Numbered from the stretch's first letter, positions 18,364 to 28,931 are shown. The stretch: DNA of 64,000 nt from Candidatus Bathyarchaeota archaeon (GCA_005888745.1 VBBS01000027.1:55045-119044), one strand, 5' to 3'. Numbers and translations are program-made. The notes: generated from the sequence alone by a model not told the origin.

Positions 18364-19419
18364 CTATCCGTGTTTCTTGTTCGGATACATTATGATCTTT
18401 CCCGAACGTCCAGACTTCATCAATGCAAATGCCTTGGAGAACTCTTCGAGATCGAATCGGTGAGTTATGAGCTTCGACAGGTCGACTTGGCCCGCTTTCA
18501 ATACCTCAGCTGTCTTGTACCATGTTCCGAAGAGCCGACGGCCAAAGACACCTCGAACGTGGGCGTCTTTGAAGACAATCCAGTTGGCTACGTCTAGCTC
18601 GACCTTTTTCGAAGGCAGACCGAAGAGGATGACGGTCCCTCCTGGGCGAAGAGCTTTGAATCCTTCTTCGAAAGAGGGTTGCGCTCCTGACATCTCAAAA
18701 AACACATCAACTCCGCGCCCGTCTGTCAAGCGCATGATCTCCTTCACAGGGTCCTGTTGAGACCCATCGATCAGGACGTCTCCACCCATATCCTTCGCCA
18801 GCTTCAACCGGTAGTCGACAATATCGATGCCGAAAATCTTAGTCGCGCCAAACGACTTGCAGAGCCCGATCAAGCAAGCACCGATTGGACCGCACCCAAA
18901 AACGGCGACACTATTCCCCGAGATCTCTGCAGCGGAGGCTGCATGAACAGCGTTACCCAACGGCTCTTGAGCTGACGCAACCTCTATCGGAATCTTCCGA
19001 TCGTTCAACCATGCATGCTGCTCGTTTAGAACATGATATTCCGCGAAACAACCGTCCGTGTCTACGCCTCTGAGAAGCATTCGCTCGCAGATGTGAGCGT
19101 TACCAGTCCGACACTGGAAGCACTTGCCGCAGAAGATGTGAGTCTCGCCGGAGACAATATCGCCCTCGCGGAGGTCCGAGACCTCCTTGCCAACTTCCAT
19201 GATTTTTCCGGCGAACTCGTGTCCCATGACCATTGGAGGCTTGACTTTGTCTCTGATGGATTCGTGCCAGTCGTAGATGTGCATGTCTGTTCCACAGATC
19301 GAAGTGGCCTCGATCCGGACGAGAATGTCTCGCAGACCGAGTTTGGGTGTCGGCCATGGTTCGAAGACTGCGCCGGGACCCGGCGACGCCTTCACAACAG
19401 CGTGCATCTTTTCTTTCAA
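18364..19419 (-). CDS. tdh: L-threonine 3-dehydrogenase (zinc-dependent medium-chain dehydrogenase/reductase, MDR)
   Basis: CGTDMH, GHEFAG, the structural-Zn cluster CGKCFQCRTGNAHIC and GCGPIG Rossmann motif. It is divergent from kbl. Confidence 0.85.
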   Translation of the reverse strand: MKEKMHAVVKASPGPGAVFEPWPTPKLGLRDILVRIEATSICGTDMHIYDWHESIRDKVKPPMVMGHEFAGKIMEVGKEVSDLREGDIVSGETHIFCGKCFQCRTGNAHICERMLLRGVDTDGCFAEYHVLNEQHAWLNDRKIPIEVASAQEPLGNAVHAASAAEISGNSVAVFGCGPIGACLIGLCKSFGATKIFGIDIVDYRLKLAKDMGGDVLIDGSQQDPVKEIMRLTDGRGVDVFFEMSGAQPSFEEGFKALRPGGTVILFGLPSKKVELDVANWIVFKDAHVRGVFGRRLFGTWYKTAEVLKAGQVDLSKLITHRFDLEEFSKAFALMKSGRSGKIIMYPNKKHG

Positions 19420-19504
19420 CAGATTTCCTCGAAACTGGATGTTAGCCGCACAAAGAGCGCTGTAAAACGTTTTAGATTAGGAACAAATTATCGATCTTGA
19501 GAGT

Positions 19505-20707
19505 ATGAGCCAAGAGTCCGGTTTGCAGAGAGCACCGCTTCTAGATGCATTGAGGGAAGAGCTTAGAGGACTGGATCAGCAGGATTTACTGTGGCGCATC
19601 AAGACCCTTCAAAGTCCATCTGCGCCGCACGCCAAAGTGGATGGCAAGAACGTCATTGTTCTCTGTTCGAACAACTATCTTGGACTGGCAAACCATCCCA
19701 AGCTCAAGAAAGCAGCTATCGCTGCAACTAGAAAGTACGGAGCGGGGAGCGGGTCGGTTCGAGTTATCGCCGGGACTATGGACTTACACGCTAAGCTGGA
19801 AAAGGAACTAGCGGCTTACAGAGGAACCGAGTCCTCGATTACCTTCCAATCTGGTTACGCAACGAATCTTGGGACGATCATGTCCTTGGTCGATGAACGT
19901 GATCTGATCATCAGCGATGAACTGAACCACGGCAGCATTATCGATGGCTGTCGCTTGACGAGAGCGGAGAGACGAGTCTACAAGCACAAAGACATGGGCG
20001 ATCTCGAGAAACAGCTCCAGGGAACAGAACGGTTTCGGAGGATTCTAGTCATAACTGACGGAGTCTTCAGCATGGACGGAGACATAGCACCACTGAAAGA
20101 CATTGTAAAGCTGGCGCAAGAACATAATGCGATGACCTATGTTGATGATGCTCACGGAGACGGTGTTCTCGGTAAGAACGGCCGTGGAATAACGAATCAC
20201 TTCCATCTTGAAGGGAAGGTGGACGTTGACATGGGAACCTTCTCGAAGGCCTTCGGATGCGTCGGAGGATACGTGGTCGGCTCGAAAGACCTCTGCGTAT
20301 ATCTCCAGAACAAGGTCCGAAGCTACCTACTCTCCGGGTCCCATCCACCAGCTGTCGCAGGCGCATGCATTGCAGCGCTTCAGCTCGTCCAGAAACAACC
20401 GTCCTTGGTCAAGAAGCTCTGGGACAACACCCACTACTTCAAGAAAGGCCTGAAAGACATAGGCTTCGATACCGGGAATAGCGAGACCCCTATTACTCCA
20501 GTAATAGTCGGAGAGGCCGGGAAGGCTCGCGAACTAGCAGACAATCTCTTCAAACTAGGAATATTCGTCCTTCCGATCGTCTTTCCGATGGTCGCTCGGG
20601 ACAAAGCTAGGGTCAGGACCATAGTGACAAGTGCTCACACGAGAAAAGATCTCTACACAGCATTGAGAGCCTTTGAGAAGGTTGGCAAACAACTAGCACT
20701 AATCTAA
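19505..20707 (+). CDS. kbl: 2-amino-3-ketobutyrate CoA ligase (glycine C-acetyltransferase)
   Basis: Alpha-oxoamine synthase pattern: NNYLGL, VDDAHG, and TFSKAF with the PLP lysine. It is paired with tdh. Confidence 0.85.
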   Translation: MSQESGLQRAPLLDALREELRGLDQQDLLWRIKTLQSPSAPHAKVDGKNVIVLCSNNYLGLANHPKLKKAAIAATRKYGAGSGSVRVIAGTMDLHAKLEKELAAYRGTESSITFQSGYATNLGTIMSLVDERDLIISDELNHGSIIDGCRLTRAERRVYKHKDMGDLEKQLQGTERFRRILVITDGVFSMDGDIAPLKDIVKLAQEHNAMTYVDDAHGDGVLGKNGRGITNHFHLEGKVDVDMGTFSKAFGCVGGYVVGSKDLCVYLQNKVRSYLLSGSHPPAVAGACIAALQLVQKQPSLVKKLWDNTHYFKKGLKDIGFDTGNSETPITPVIVGEAGKARELADNLFKLGIFVLPIVFPMVARDKARVRTIVTSAHTRKDLYTALRAFEKVGKQLALI

Positions 20708-20735
20708 CTACGACAATCCTTGCTCGGGATCAGAG

Positions 20736-21257
20736 TTGGCAACCCAGAAAAAGAAACGAGCGAAGAAGCCCCGAAGGCCGGCGTTCACTGTCCGTAAGGC
20801 CACCTTGAAGGATCTTCCGATCCTGGTTCACCAGCGCAGGGCGATGTGGCGTGATCTCGGGGCGAGAGAACAGAGAGAGTTGGATAGAGCCGACAAGATC
20901 TACGCGCGATGGGCAAGGTCGAGAATGAAGAGTGGGAGTCTGATGGGCTGGGTGGCGGAGAACGGAGGTAAGGTTCTCGGTGGAGGATGCGTGTGGCTGC
21001 AGCCTGTCCAACCGAGGCCAGGATACAATCTCATGATCCAGCCATACTTGCTGTCAATGTACACGGAGCCTCGCTCCAGAGGACTTGGCGTCGCCTCAGG
21101 TATTGTAGAGAAAGCGTTAGAGTGGTGCAGAAAGAACCAGTTTCTCCAGCTTCGCCTGCATGCTAGCGAGATGGGACGCAAGGTCTACCTCAAACACGGG
21201 TTCGAGCGGACATGGGAAATGAGGCGCAGAATCAAGAAGCTCAGAGAAGACAGCTAA
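20736..21257 (+). CDS. GNAT-family N-acetyltransferase
   Basis: Acetyl-CoA-binding region RSRGLGVASGIVEKALEWCRKN...LHASEMGRKVYLKHGF. Confidence 0.7.
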   Translation: MATQKKKRAKKPRRPAFTVRKATLKDLPILVHQRRAMWRDLGAREQRELDRADKIYARWARSRMKSGSLMGWVAENGGKVLGGGCVWLQPVQPRPGYNLMIQPYLLSMYTEPRSRGLGVASGIVEKALEWCRKNQFLQLRLHASEMGRKVYLKHGFERTWEMRRRIKKLREDS

Positions 21258-21309
21258 CAGGTCAGCTTAGAAAGAAGCTTAGTTATCCAGATTTACCGCG
21301 ATTCGAATC

Positions 21310-21477
21310 TTGTCACGCCTGGTTCCGAGATGCTCCTGCGGTGGAGAGCTAGTAATCATAGGTGAGAATAGGAGTGCGGAAGGCTGGCGGACAGGCTTCA
21401 AGCTTCAATGCAAGAAATGCAACAAGCGATGGATCTACACTGGCGGAACCTACCACGCGGACCCAACCTCGGGCTGA
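21310..21477 (+). CDS. small zinc-ribbon protein (55 aa, below the ORF-track cutoff)
   Basis: Read by hand: TTG 21310 ... CSCGG ... CKKCNKRWIYTGG ... TGA 21475-21477. It ends 9 nt before the SIS-domain gene. Confidence 0.4.
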   Translation: MSRLVPRCSCGGELVIIGENRSAEGWRTGFKLQCKKCNKRWIYTGGTYHADPTSG

Positions 21478-21486
21478 GAACGAAAT

Positions 21487-22425
21487 ATGTCCGTCCTCGC
21501 AATGGCAGAAGAGATCTCGAACCAGACGCAGGACCTTCCAAGGTTCGCTTCTCAACTTCGAAAAAAGCACCTGCCAAAGATCCAACCTTCCAGATTGATC
21601 TTCGCAGGGTCAGGCGATTCATACGCAGCAGCCGTCTTTGCCCAAGAACTCTCCCAGGGAGAGTCTACAGCCTCGGACCCTTACGAGCTGCTGACGAACA
21701 TTAGGCGAATCCGAGGAAAGAATCTCGTAATTATCTCGGTCAGCGGCCGAACGAAAACCAACATCGAGCTAGCCAGAAAGGCAAAAAGAATCTCAACAAA
21801 CACGTTAGCAATCACTGCCAACCTGGAGAGCCCACTAGCTGGAGAATGTGACGAGACCCTTCAACTACAATATCGAACTACCGGAACACCCACCTCTGGG
21901 ACAATCAGTTTTACGACTAGCTTGTTGGCTTGTGCGTTCCTTCTTAGGAATCTGCCAAGGACTGTCCAAGTGAAGACCGCTCCCATCGACACTGCCGGGT
22001 TGGCAACGAAATTGAACCAAGCTGGGAAAGGAGCATTTGTCTTTGCAGGATCGGGAGCAGACTACGCCCTCTCCCTCTACGGCGCAGCAAAAATCAACGA
22101 GGTATTGGGTGCAAAGGCAGAGGTCGTATACCCTGAACAGCTTGGGCACGCGAAACTGTTCACAATAGACAAGAAACGGGACTTTGTTGTGTGCATTTCA
22201 TCAGGACGAGACAAGGCCAGGGAGACGTATCAATTGCTCATCAAGGAAGGCTTCCAGGGCTCAATCATTGCCTTTCCAGATAGTCACGTGGTCAATCGAA
22301 GCTTGAAGATTGCAATCTACCTTCAACGACTCGCACTCTCTCTTGCCCGGATAAGGGGAATCGAAGAGTGCGCGTTCCTCTATGACAAGAGTAGGTTGAG
22401 TCTCAGCAACCGTATGATCTATTGA
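21487..22425 (+). CDS. SIS-domain sugar-phosphate isomerase/aminotransferase-like protein
   Basis: Two SIS-like halves (LIFAGSGDSYAAAVFA...VIISVSGRTKTNIELARKA and FVFAGSGADYALSLYGAAK). Confidence 0.65.
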   Translation: MSVLAMAEEISNQTQDLPRFASQLRKKHLPKIQPSRLIFAGSGDSYAAAVFAQELSQGESTASDPYELLTNIRRIRGKNLVIISVSGRTKTNIELARKAKRISTNTLAITANLESPLAGECDETLQLQYRTTGTPTSGTISFTTSLLACAFLLRNLPRTVQVKTAPIDTAGLATKLNQAGKGAFVFAGSGADYALSLYGAAKINEVLGAKAEVVYPEQLGHAKLFTIDKKRDFVVCISSGRDKARETYQLLIKEGFQGSIIAFPDSHVVNRSLKIAIYLQRLALSLARIRGIEECAFLYDKSRLSLSNRMIY

Positions 22426-22440
22426 ACGACCGGCGACTTC

Positions 22441-23088
22441 CTAGGGAACAGTTTGAAGATACTTGTATACGTCAAGAAGATCATCAGTATCCATGCTGTG
22501 GGACGCAGCGGCTTTCACTTTGGGGACCTTCGCGTTCAAAGCCACAGAATAACGCACAATCCTGAAGACAGGGACATCGTTCACCCAATCTCCCACGTGA
22601 GCACATCTTGATGGGGGTATGCCTGTCCATGCACAATATTTTCGCAAACCAAGTCGCTTGTCCGGCAGAGTTTCTATCTCGTCCGTGACGATTCCATCCT
22701 TGATGCCAACTTTAGATCCAACGTAGCCTTCGAACCCGAACCTTTCAATCAAGTACGCACAGAGAAAATCTGGATTATCAGTCAGGAGAACAACCCGAAT
22801 TCCATGACCTTGCAACTTCTCAACTGTTTCCCGGACATTCCTGATAACCTCGACCTTTGAGACCTCTCGAAGAACGTCTGCCAGCTTCATTCCCTGGAGG
22901 AGCTTGTATTCAGAAGCAAGGCATTCTCTAAGGGTGATTCTCTGATGATGATACCTTTGGTCGAGAGCGTCCCATTTCTCTCCAATTCCTAGAGATCGGG
23001 CCACTTGGGTGAGAGCTGCCTTTCGGAAGATGGTCCCGTCAACATCGAAGGAAACCATCGAGAGGGAAGAGAGCGGCAGGATCTTCAC
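22441..23088 (-). CDS. HAD-superfamily hydrolase, phosphoserine-phosphatase-like (subfamily IB)
   Basis: The FDVDGT nucleophile motif, LLTDNP and the GDWVNDVP (DD) motif. It lies next to glyA. Confidence 0.65.
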   Translation of the reverse strand: MKILPLSSLSMVSFDVDGTIFRKAALTQVARSLGIGEKWDALDQRYHHQRITLRECLASEYKLLQGMKLADVLREVSKVEVIRNVRETVEKLQGHGIRVVLLTDNPDFLCAYLIERFGFEGYVGSKVGIKDGIVTDEIETLPDKRLGLRKYCAWTGIPPSRCAHVGDWVNDVPVFRIVRYSVALNAKVPKVKAAASHSMDTDDLLDVYKYLQTVP

Positions 23089-23100
23089 TCCTCTTTGAAG

Positions 23101-24288
23101 TCAAGTGTATTCGATTGTCTTGAACTCTTTCCGCAGTCTTGTCGCCGATCTGCGTACGCTGCTCGGTTCTTCGCCCTTGTAGATTCTAATGATCAGTTCT
23201 GCAATTCTCTCCATATCTCTCGCTTTCATTCCGCGTCGAGTAGACTCGTTTGTTCCGAGCCGGATTCCATGATCCACTATCATGTTTGCTTCTTCCAGCT
23301 TCTCGGAAAACCGGTTCACATTCTCTTCGCCGTTGATGTCGAGGAAAACCTGGTGCGACTCAGTAAATCCATAGTCTGGGCATCTGACAGGTAGACCTCC
23401 TTCGTGAAGCGCCTCGGCCAAGGCTTTCGCGTTCGCAATTACTTGAGGCGCATATTTCGTTCCTCTTCTCCGAACCTCGTCCAGCGCCCATGTTAGAGCT
23501 GCGATCCTGTTCCAGTGGGCGTTATCGACTAAGCCTGGGAACTGTTGGTCCTTGACCCGCGTTTTCAGTCGGGCCGTTCCGAGGATTATTCCTCCTTGAG
23601 GCCCGAAGAAGCTCTTGTGAGTAGAGCCTAGCATGAGGTCCGCTCCCTCCTTCAGGGGACGCTGGAACTCGCCGCCTCCGATCAGGCCCAAGACATGGGA
23701 AGCGTCGAAGGCAACTTGAGACTCAGCTGCTCGGCAGGTCTCGGACAATTCCTTGACGGGGTGAGGGAAGAGGAAATAGGACTGGCCAAAGACTACGAGA
23801 GATGGTTTTTCGTCCTCAATTAGCGTCTTGGCCTTTTCTACGTCAATATTCATTCGTTCAGAATCGTATGGGAAAAAGAGATTTTTCACATTGACGAACG
23901 GGGGATAGCCACGGTTCCCAAGTCCATCATACCCACCGTTCGAAGGATTGACGGTGAGGATCGAGCCTCCGGGCTTCGTCAGGGTGGATACCATTATCGT
24001 GTCGGCAATGTGCCCGGAGAGTGGTCGGAGGCTTGCCCAGTCAGATCCGAAGACCTCGCACGCTAGCTTCTCTCCCAGGCTCTCAAGCTCGTCGATGAAA
24101 CGTGTCCCCTTGTAGAACCCATCCCAAGCAGTATAACGATGGCCCATATCGCCAGAGAGAAGTTGGCGAACAGTGTGACTGGTTACGTTCTCAGATGGGA
24201 TGAGGTTGAGGCATTCTTCTGCACGCCAGCGTTGATGCTTGTCAACGATCTTTCTGATCTCGGACGCGTAGGACGTTGTGGTCGACAT
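23101..24288 (-). CDS. glyA: serine hydroxymethyltransferase
   Basis: LNLIPSENVTS and GSTHKSFFGPQGG (PLP Lys). ATG 24288 is preferred over the longer ORF to 24342, which would overlap rps11. Confidence 0.9.
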   Translation of the reverse strand: MSTTTSYASEIRKIVDKHQRWRAEECLNLIPSENVTSHTVRQLLSGDMGHRYTAWDGFYKGTRFIDELESLGEKLACEVFGSDWASLRPLSGHIADTIMVSTLTKPGGSILTVNPSNGGYDGLGNRGYPPFVNVKNLFFPYDSERMNIDVEKAKTLIEDEKPSLVVFGQSYFLFPHPVKELSETCRAAESQVAFDASHVLGLIGGGEFQRPLKEGADLMLGSTHKSFFGPQGGIILGTARLKTRVKDQQFPGLVDNAHWNRIAALTWALDEVRRRGTKYAPQVIANAKALAEALHEGGLPVRCPDYGFTESHQVFLDINGEENVNRFSEKLEEANMIVDHGIRLGTNESTRRGMKARDMERIAELIIRIYKGEEPSSVRRSATRLRKEFKTIEYT

Positions 24289-24298
24289 TAGTTGAGAA

Positions 24299-24706
24299 CT
24301 AGACTCTTCGACCGCGTCGACCGCCGGGTCTTCGGGTCCCATCGTGAGGGACTGGTGTCACGTCTTCTATTCGGCCGATTCTGAAACCGTGACGGGCAAG
24401 CATTCTGATGGCTGCTTGCGCCCCCGGACCAGGAGTCCTGGCACCGTGTCCACCCGGAGCTCGTACTCGAATGTGAAGGGAGGTAATTCCCTTGTCCTTT
24501 GCGGTCTTGGCGGCGGCCGCAGCGGCCTGCATCGCGGCGTATGGTGTCCCCTGGAGTCTGTCGGCTTTGACGTGTTGCCCGCCGGCGCTTCGAGATATTG
24601 TCTCGGCGCCTGTGAGGTCTGTTATGTGGACCATGGTGTTGTTGAAGGATGAGTAGATGTGGGCTATTCCCCATCTGTCCGCCGGTGCTTTCGTCTTCTC
24701 CGCCAT
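24299..24706 (-). CDS. rps11: 30S ribosomal protein S11
   Basis: [19 protein letters not shown]...[10 protein letters not shown]...[31 protein letters not shown]. Confidence 0.9.
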   Translation of the reverse strand: MAEKTKAPADRWGIAHIYSSFNNTMVHITDLTGAETISRSAGGQHVKADRLQGTPYAAMQAAAAAAKTAKDKGITSLHIRVRAPGGHGARTPGPGAQAAIRMLARHGFRIGRIEDVTPVPHDGTRRPGGRRGRRV

Positions 24707-24746
24707 GCAGAATTACCTGATAGATTGCGGCTTGACCCTCACGCGA

Positions 24747-24754
24747 ATTTAAAC
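24747..24754 (+). promoter_or_regulatory. TATA-box-like element upstream of polB
   Basis: ATTTAAAC ends 26 nt upstream of TTG 24780. Confidence 0.35.
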
Positions 24755-24779
24755 TCTCCTTGGAGGATATCGTCCCAAG

Positions 24780-27119
24780 TTGAAACTAGACTTCTGGCTC
24801 CTAGACCTCAACCACGATGCCCATGAGGGCAAGTCTGCGATCTGGCTGTGGGGAGTCACACGTGACAACAAACGAGTCCTAGTTATCGACGCCAACTTTC
24901 AGACGTCCTTCTATCTCCTGCCTAAGAAAGGGCAGGACATCGACCAATTGAAAGAGAGGATAGAGAGAGAAAAACCACATCCCTCAGTTGAAAGAGCCGA
25001 TATCGAACAGAAGAAACGCCTCGGGGAAGATAGACAAGTTCTCAAGGTGTCTTGCAAAGATCCTGACAATTTGGAGAAGTGTGCGAGAGACTGCGTAAAG
25101 CAGCTCGGTGTGGAGGCGAGCTTTGAGGACAAGCTTCGTTATTCGATAAAATACCAGATCGAGTTCGAGATCAGACCCTGCCAATGGTACAAAGTCGAGG
25201 GAACAGAATCCTCTATTGATCCTCGAAAGTATCATGTTGACAGGGTCTTTGAGACCAGTGGGCATCCAACTTCCATCCCAAGGGAAAATGCTCCCAAACT
25301 TCGACTGCTCTCCTTTTCTATCCTATCTGTCAGTCCCACAGGTTCTCCGAGCCCAATCCGCGACCCCGTATGTCTTGTCGCATGGAAAAAAAAGGATGGC
25401 CAGGCAAATACCATCCAGTCAGAAAAAACCTCTGACAATGAACTAATCGAAGAATTCTCGCAGGCTCACCAGAAATTTGACCCCGATGTTGTCTTCTCGT
25501 TTGGCGGCAACACATTCGACTGGCCCTACCTGATCAAGCGAGCCGATAGGACCAAGGCAAAGCTTTCCGTTGGAAGGGACGATGGTCCAGCCCGCCAGAG
25601 CCTCTATGGCCACTTCTCCCTCACCGGACGAGCAAACGTGGATCTGCAGGACTTCTCAGGAGACCTCTATGATGTAAAGATCAAGACCGTGGAGAATGTC
25701 GCTAGGTTTCTCGGAGTCGAAGCATCTACTCCAACAATCGACGAGACAGAATACTACGATCACTGGATCGGCAAGGATCGCCCGGCATTAGTAGAACAGA
25801 TGAAAGCGCGCGCGATTTCAATATTCAATGTCGGAGACGACGCACTTGATTACACCCTACAACTCTCGAATCTCTCAGCGCTCCCACCCGACCAAGTTCT
25901 TGCAGCTGCGGTCGGGTTCAGGGTCGATAGTTACTTGTTGATGGAGGCGCGCAAGCTCGGCGAGCTGATCCCTGCCAGATCAGAACTGAACATCATCCCC
26001 TACAAGGGTGCAATTGTCCTAGAACCCAGTGTAGGACTTCACGACAATGTTGCAGTGCTCGACTTCTCCGCGATGTATCCTAGTCTCATGGTGAAGTACA
26101 ACATTTCCCCTGACACTCTCGTCGATGAGGGAGGCGATGATGCCCTTGAGGTTCCCGAGGTCGGGCATCATTTCCGGAAGAACCCTCCAGGATTCTACAA
26201 GATCGTTCTAAGTCAGCTCATCGCAAGTCGACAGGCGGCGAAGAAAGAGGCCGCTAAGACACCGCGCGGAACTCCCGAACACAAGATCCTGAAAGCACGT
26301 GAAAAGGCGACCAAGGTCATTACCAATGCCACCTACGGGTATGCGGGTTGGGCCGGGTCCAGATGGTACTCTCGTGAGGTCGCAGAATCAGCCGCCGCAC
26401 TCGGAAGAGACACAATCAACAAATCCATTGATATCGCCAAGAATCTCGGACTCCATGTTCTCTACGGAGACACAGACAGCCTCTTCGTCGAATACGAGGA
26501 AAAACTCGTCAACCAATTCATCAAAGAGATCGACAAGAATCTAGGTCTTGAAATCAACCTGGGACAATTGTACAAGCGAATCCTGTTCACCGAGGCCAAG
26601 AAGAAGTACGCTGGACTACTGGAAGATGGCGAGCTCGATATTGTCGGAATGGAAGCAATCAGAGGAGACTGGTCTAACCTCGCGAGAAGTATCCAGAACG
26701 AAGTTCTCAAACTTGTCCTTCAAGGTGGCAATCCAACTGAAGCAAAGTCATACGTGCAGAGCCTAGTCAAGGACCTGGAATCCTTCAAGGTTCCGAAGTC
26801 TTCGCTGGTGATATGGAAGACCCTTACCAAACGTCCTGATGAGTACGAGGTAAATGCTCCACATGTGGAGGTTGCTCGGAAGATGGCAAAGGAAGGCTGG
26901 CCCGTGACTGTGGGAGACAAGGTTGGTTTCATAGTCACAAAGAAACCCGGCAAGCTCTACCAAAAGGCAGAGCCGCACTTCAAGGTCTCCCTTGGGCAGG
27001 TGGATTACGACTATTATGTTCACAATCAGATTGTCCCGGCTGCGGCTAGAGTTCTAGAGGTCTTTGGGATACATGAGGAAGATCTTCTTGAACCGAGTCG
27101 CGGTCAAGTCAATTTGTAA
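24780..27119 (+). CDS. polB: DNA polymerase, family B
   Basis: Exonuclease motifs (FDWPYL), polymerase motif A LDFSAMYPSLM, motif C YGDTDSLFV and KKKYAG. Confidence 0.9.
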   Translation: MKLDFWLLDLNHDAHEGKSAIWLWGVTRDNKRVLVIDANFQTSFYLLPKKGQDIDQLKERIEREKPHPSVERADIEQKKRLGEDRQVLKVSCKDPDNLEKCARDCVKQLGVEASFEDKLRYSIKYQIEFEIRPCQWYKVEGTESSIDPRKYHVDRVFETSGHPTSIPRENAPKLRLLSFSILSVSPTGSPSPIRDPVCLVAWKKKDGQANTIQSEKTSDNELIEEFSQAHQKFDPDVVFSFGGNTFDWPYLIKRADRTKAKLSVGRDDGPARQSLYGHFSLTGRANVDLQDFSGDLYDVKIKTVENVARFLGVEASTPTIDETEYYDHWIGKDRPALVEQMKARAISIFNVGDDALDYTLQLSNLSALPPDQVLAAAVGFRVDSYLLMEARKLGELIPARSELNIIPYKGAIVLEPSVGLHDNVAVLDFSAMYPSLMVKYNISPDTLVDEGGDDALEVPEVGHHFRKNPPGFYKIVLSQLIASRQAAKKEAAKTPRGTPEHKILKAREKATKVITNATYGYAGWAGSRWYSREVAESAAALGRDTINKSIDIAKNLGLHVLYGDTDSLFVEYEEKLVNQFIKEIDKNLGLEINLGQLYKRILFTEAKKKYAGLLEDGELDIVGMEAIRGDWSNLARSIQNEVLKLVLQGGNPTEAKSYVQSLVKDLESFKVPKSSLVIWKTLTKRPDEYEVNAPHVEVARKMAKEGWPVTVGDKVGFIVTKKPGKLYQKAEPHFKVSLGQVDYDYYVHNQIVPAAARVLEVFGIHEEDLLEPSRGQVNL

Positions 27120-28386
27120 TCGTAGGGCCCGGACTGAACGAAGAGAGATCGCTCAGAGTCATCACGTTCACGTTGGGTGGCTTCTTGGCGCCGTCGGATA
27201 TCCTGTCGCCAATGACGAATCGGATGTTCTTTCCGGCGGCAATGTCCAACAATCTCTGAGTGACAACTCCATCGAAGAGGATCAAATGCGCGTTCTCTAC
27301 GCTTGGAATCTTCTCCGCAAGCTCGCTGACAGGCATTCGGGATAGCTCCTTTCCTGCTTCGTCGAATATCACTGCCTCCAGAGTTCCGCGCAGGTCTTTT
27401 GCTGCGTCGAACACCGTTGGCGAGAGACTGGGTCTTGGGATGGGCGGTGCTTCTACGCGAGGTTCAGATGGGCCGTATCCTCTTTCGTAGGGTCGCTCGT
27501 ATCGTTCCTGTCTCTCAGGTCTTTCCTGGCGGGCGAACTGAACTCTTTCTGGTCTCTCGATAGGTCGAGCTAGATTGATTGGGACCTTTTCTCTGAGGGC
27601 TTTCATTAGCTCCTTAGGAGTGAGCTCCTCTACCTCTTTGCCGAAGGGTGCACGTGCAACGTAGTCTATGTCTGCGACCTGTTGTAGTTCTTTGAGGATC
27701 AGGTCTCCTGCCCTGTCACCGTCCAGGAAGGCTGTGACTTCCTTGTCCTTGGTGAGTTTGATGATGGTATCAGGTACCTTGGTGCCGTTGAGCGCGATGA
27801 CGTTCTTTATCCCCACCTTCATGAGGAGAATGACGTCGGCTCTGCCTTCAACGACAATTAGTGAGCCGCTCTCGACCTCCGGACCCGCAGGGAGCTTCTC
27901 GGGACCGTACTCGATAAGATCGACACCCCTTAGGGAGGAAGCGACTTCTTTGACGACCTCTTCAGTGCTGGGAGATGATTCGACTACCCATTTGCGGAGA
28001 ATGTCCTTCGCCTTGGTTAGGATGGCGTTTCTTTTTTCTTCGCGGACATCCTCTACCTTCTCCAGTGTAATCTTGGCTTCGCAGGGGCCGATTCTGTCGA
28101 CGCTCTCGATCGCGGCGGCAATAATGGCTGTAGAGACCTTGTCTAGGCTTGAGGGTATTACGATTGATCCTGTTGTCTTGTCGCGTTTGGAGTCGAGGTT
28201 GATCTCGATTCGTCCTATTCTTCCTGATTTTTGTAGTTCTCTAAGGTCTAGATCGGGTCCGAAGAGTCCTTCTGTTTGTCCGAAGACCGCACCCACAACA
28301 TCAGGTTTCTCGACGACGCCTTGAACGTCGAAGTGTGCTTTTACTATGTATTTTGTAGTCGTAGCGTACTGAGACTGTTCAACCAT
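27109..28386 (-). CDS. dnaG: archaeal DnaG-type primase (TOPRIM)
   Basis: N-terminal KYIVKAHFDVQGVVEKPDVVGAVFGQTEGL. TOPRIM motifs LIVVEGRADV and FLDGDRAGD. Its 3' end overlaps the polB 3' end convergently by 11 nt. Confidence 0.9.
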   Translation of the reverse strand: MVEQSQYATTTKYIVKAHFDVQGVVEKPDVVGAVFGQTEGLFGPDLDLRELQKSGRIGRIEINLDSKRDKTTGSIVIPSSLDKVSTAIIAAAIESVDRIGPCEAKITLEKVEDVREEKRNAILTKAKDILRKWVVESSPSTEEVVKEVASSLRGVDLIEYGPEKLPAGPEVESGSLIVVEGRADVILLMKVGIKNVIALNGTKVPDTIIKLTKDKEVTAFLDGDRAGDLILKELQQVADIDYVARAPFGKEVEELTPKELMKALREKVPINLARPIERPERVQFARQERPERQERYERPYERGYGPSEPRVEAPPIPRPSLSPTVFDAAKDLRGTLEAVIFDEAGKELSRMPVSELAEKIPSVENAHLILFDGVVTQRLLDIAAGKNIRFVIGDRISDGAKKPPNVNVMTLSDLSSFSPGPTITN

Positions 28387-28553
28387 GAAAGTTTAACCTC
28401 CATAATTCAATACCTTCTTTCTGATACCTTCTCTTTTCGATTTGTAAGCGGTAAAGCTTGAGAGCGTAAAGGGTCCAGCCCTAGTATTAAAGCCCGTCTC
28501 CAATCCTCACGATTATCGGTATTGCTGGCTATTTCGAAAGCAATCATCACAAT

Positions 28554-28931
28554 TTACGCTTTACAATCAGCCTGAGGAACCACGGGAGGGCGTCGATCCA
28601 TCTTACTCGTTTGGGGCGCATGATCCGCAACCGTGTTTGTTTCCATCGCTGGTTCCATGCGTCTGGCAAGGATAATCAATAGGATTCCTAGAACAATGAA
28701 GGTTATGCTCGAGAAGAACGCTGCATTACGGACAACATCGTACCAAAAAAACACTCCTGGAACGCAGCCGGTTGCTGGGCAGGATTCTGGTCCGCCGGTG
28801 AGAAGGCTGATGAAGAACAAGACTAGACCGATCAGTGTAAGGCCGAATCCGAGAGTCTGAATGGCATACTTGTCAAATCGTGGCAAACGAACCCACCCTG
28901 CAAAAGAAACGTAGGCATCTCTAAAAAGCAA
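28554..28931 (-). CDS. hypothetical membrane protein
   Basis: 125 aa with about three hydrophobic helices. No family recognised. Confidence 0.4.
   Translation of the reverse strand: MLFRDAYVSFAGWVRLPRFDKYAIQTLGFGLTLIGLVLFFISLLTGGPESCPATGCVPGVFFWYDVVRNAAFFSSITFIVLGILLIILARRMEPAMETNTVADHAPQTSKMDRRPPVVPQADCKA

Noticed and set aside
24288-24674. Alternative 128-aa minus-strand ORF and a 102-aa plus-strand ORF overlapping rps11.
   Set aside because: The S11 frame (24299..24706) carries the full conserved S11 sequence. The other frames give Arg/Pro/Gly-rich sequences typical of out-of-frame translation of a GC-rich gene.
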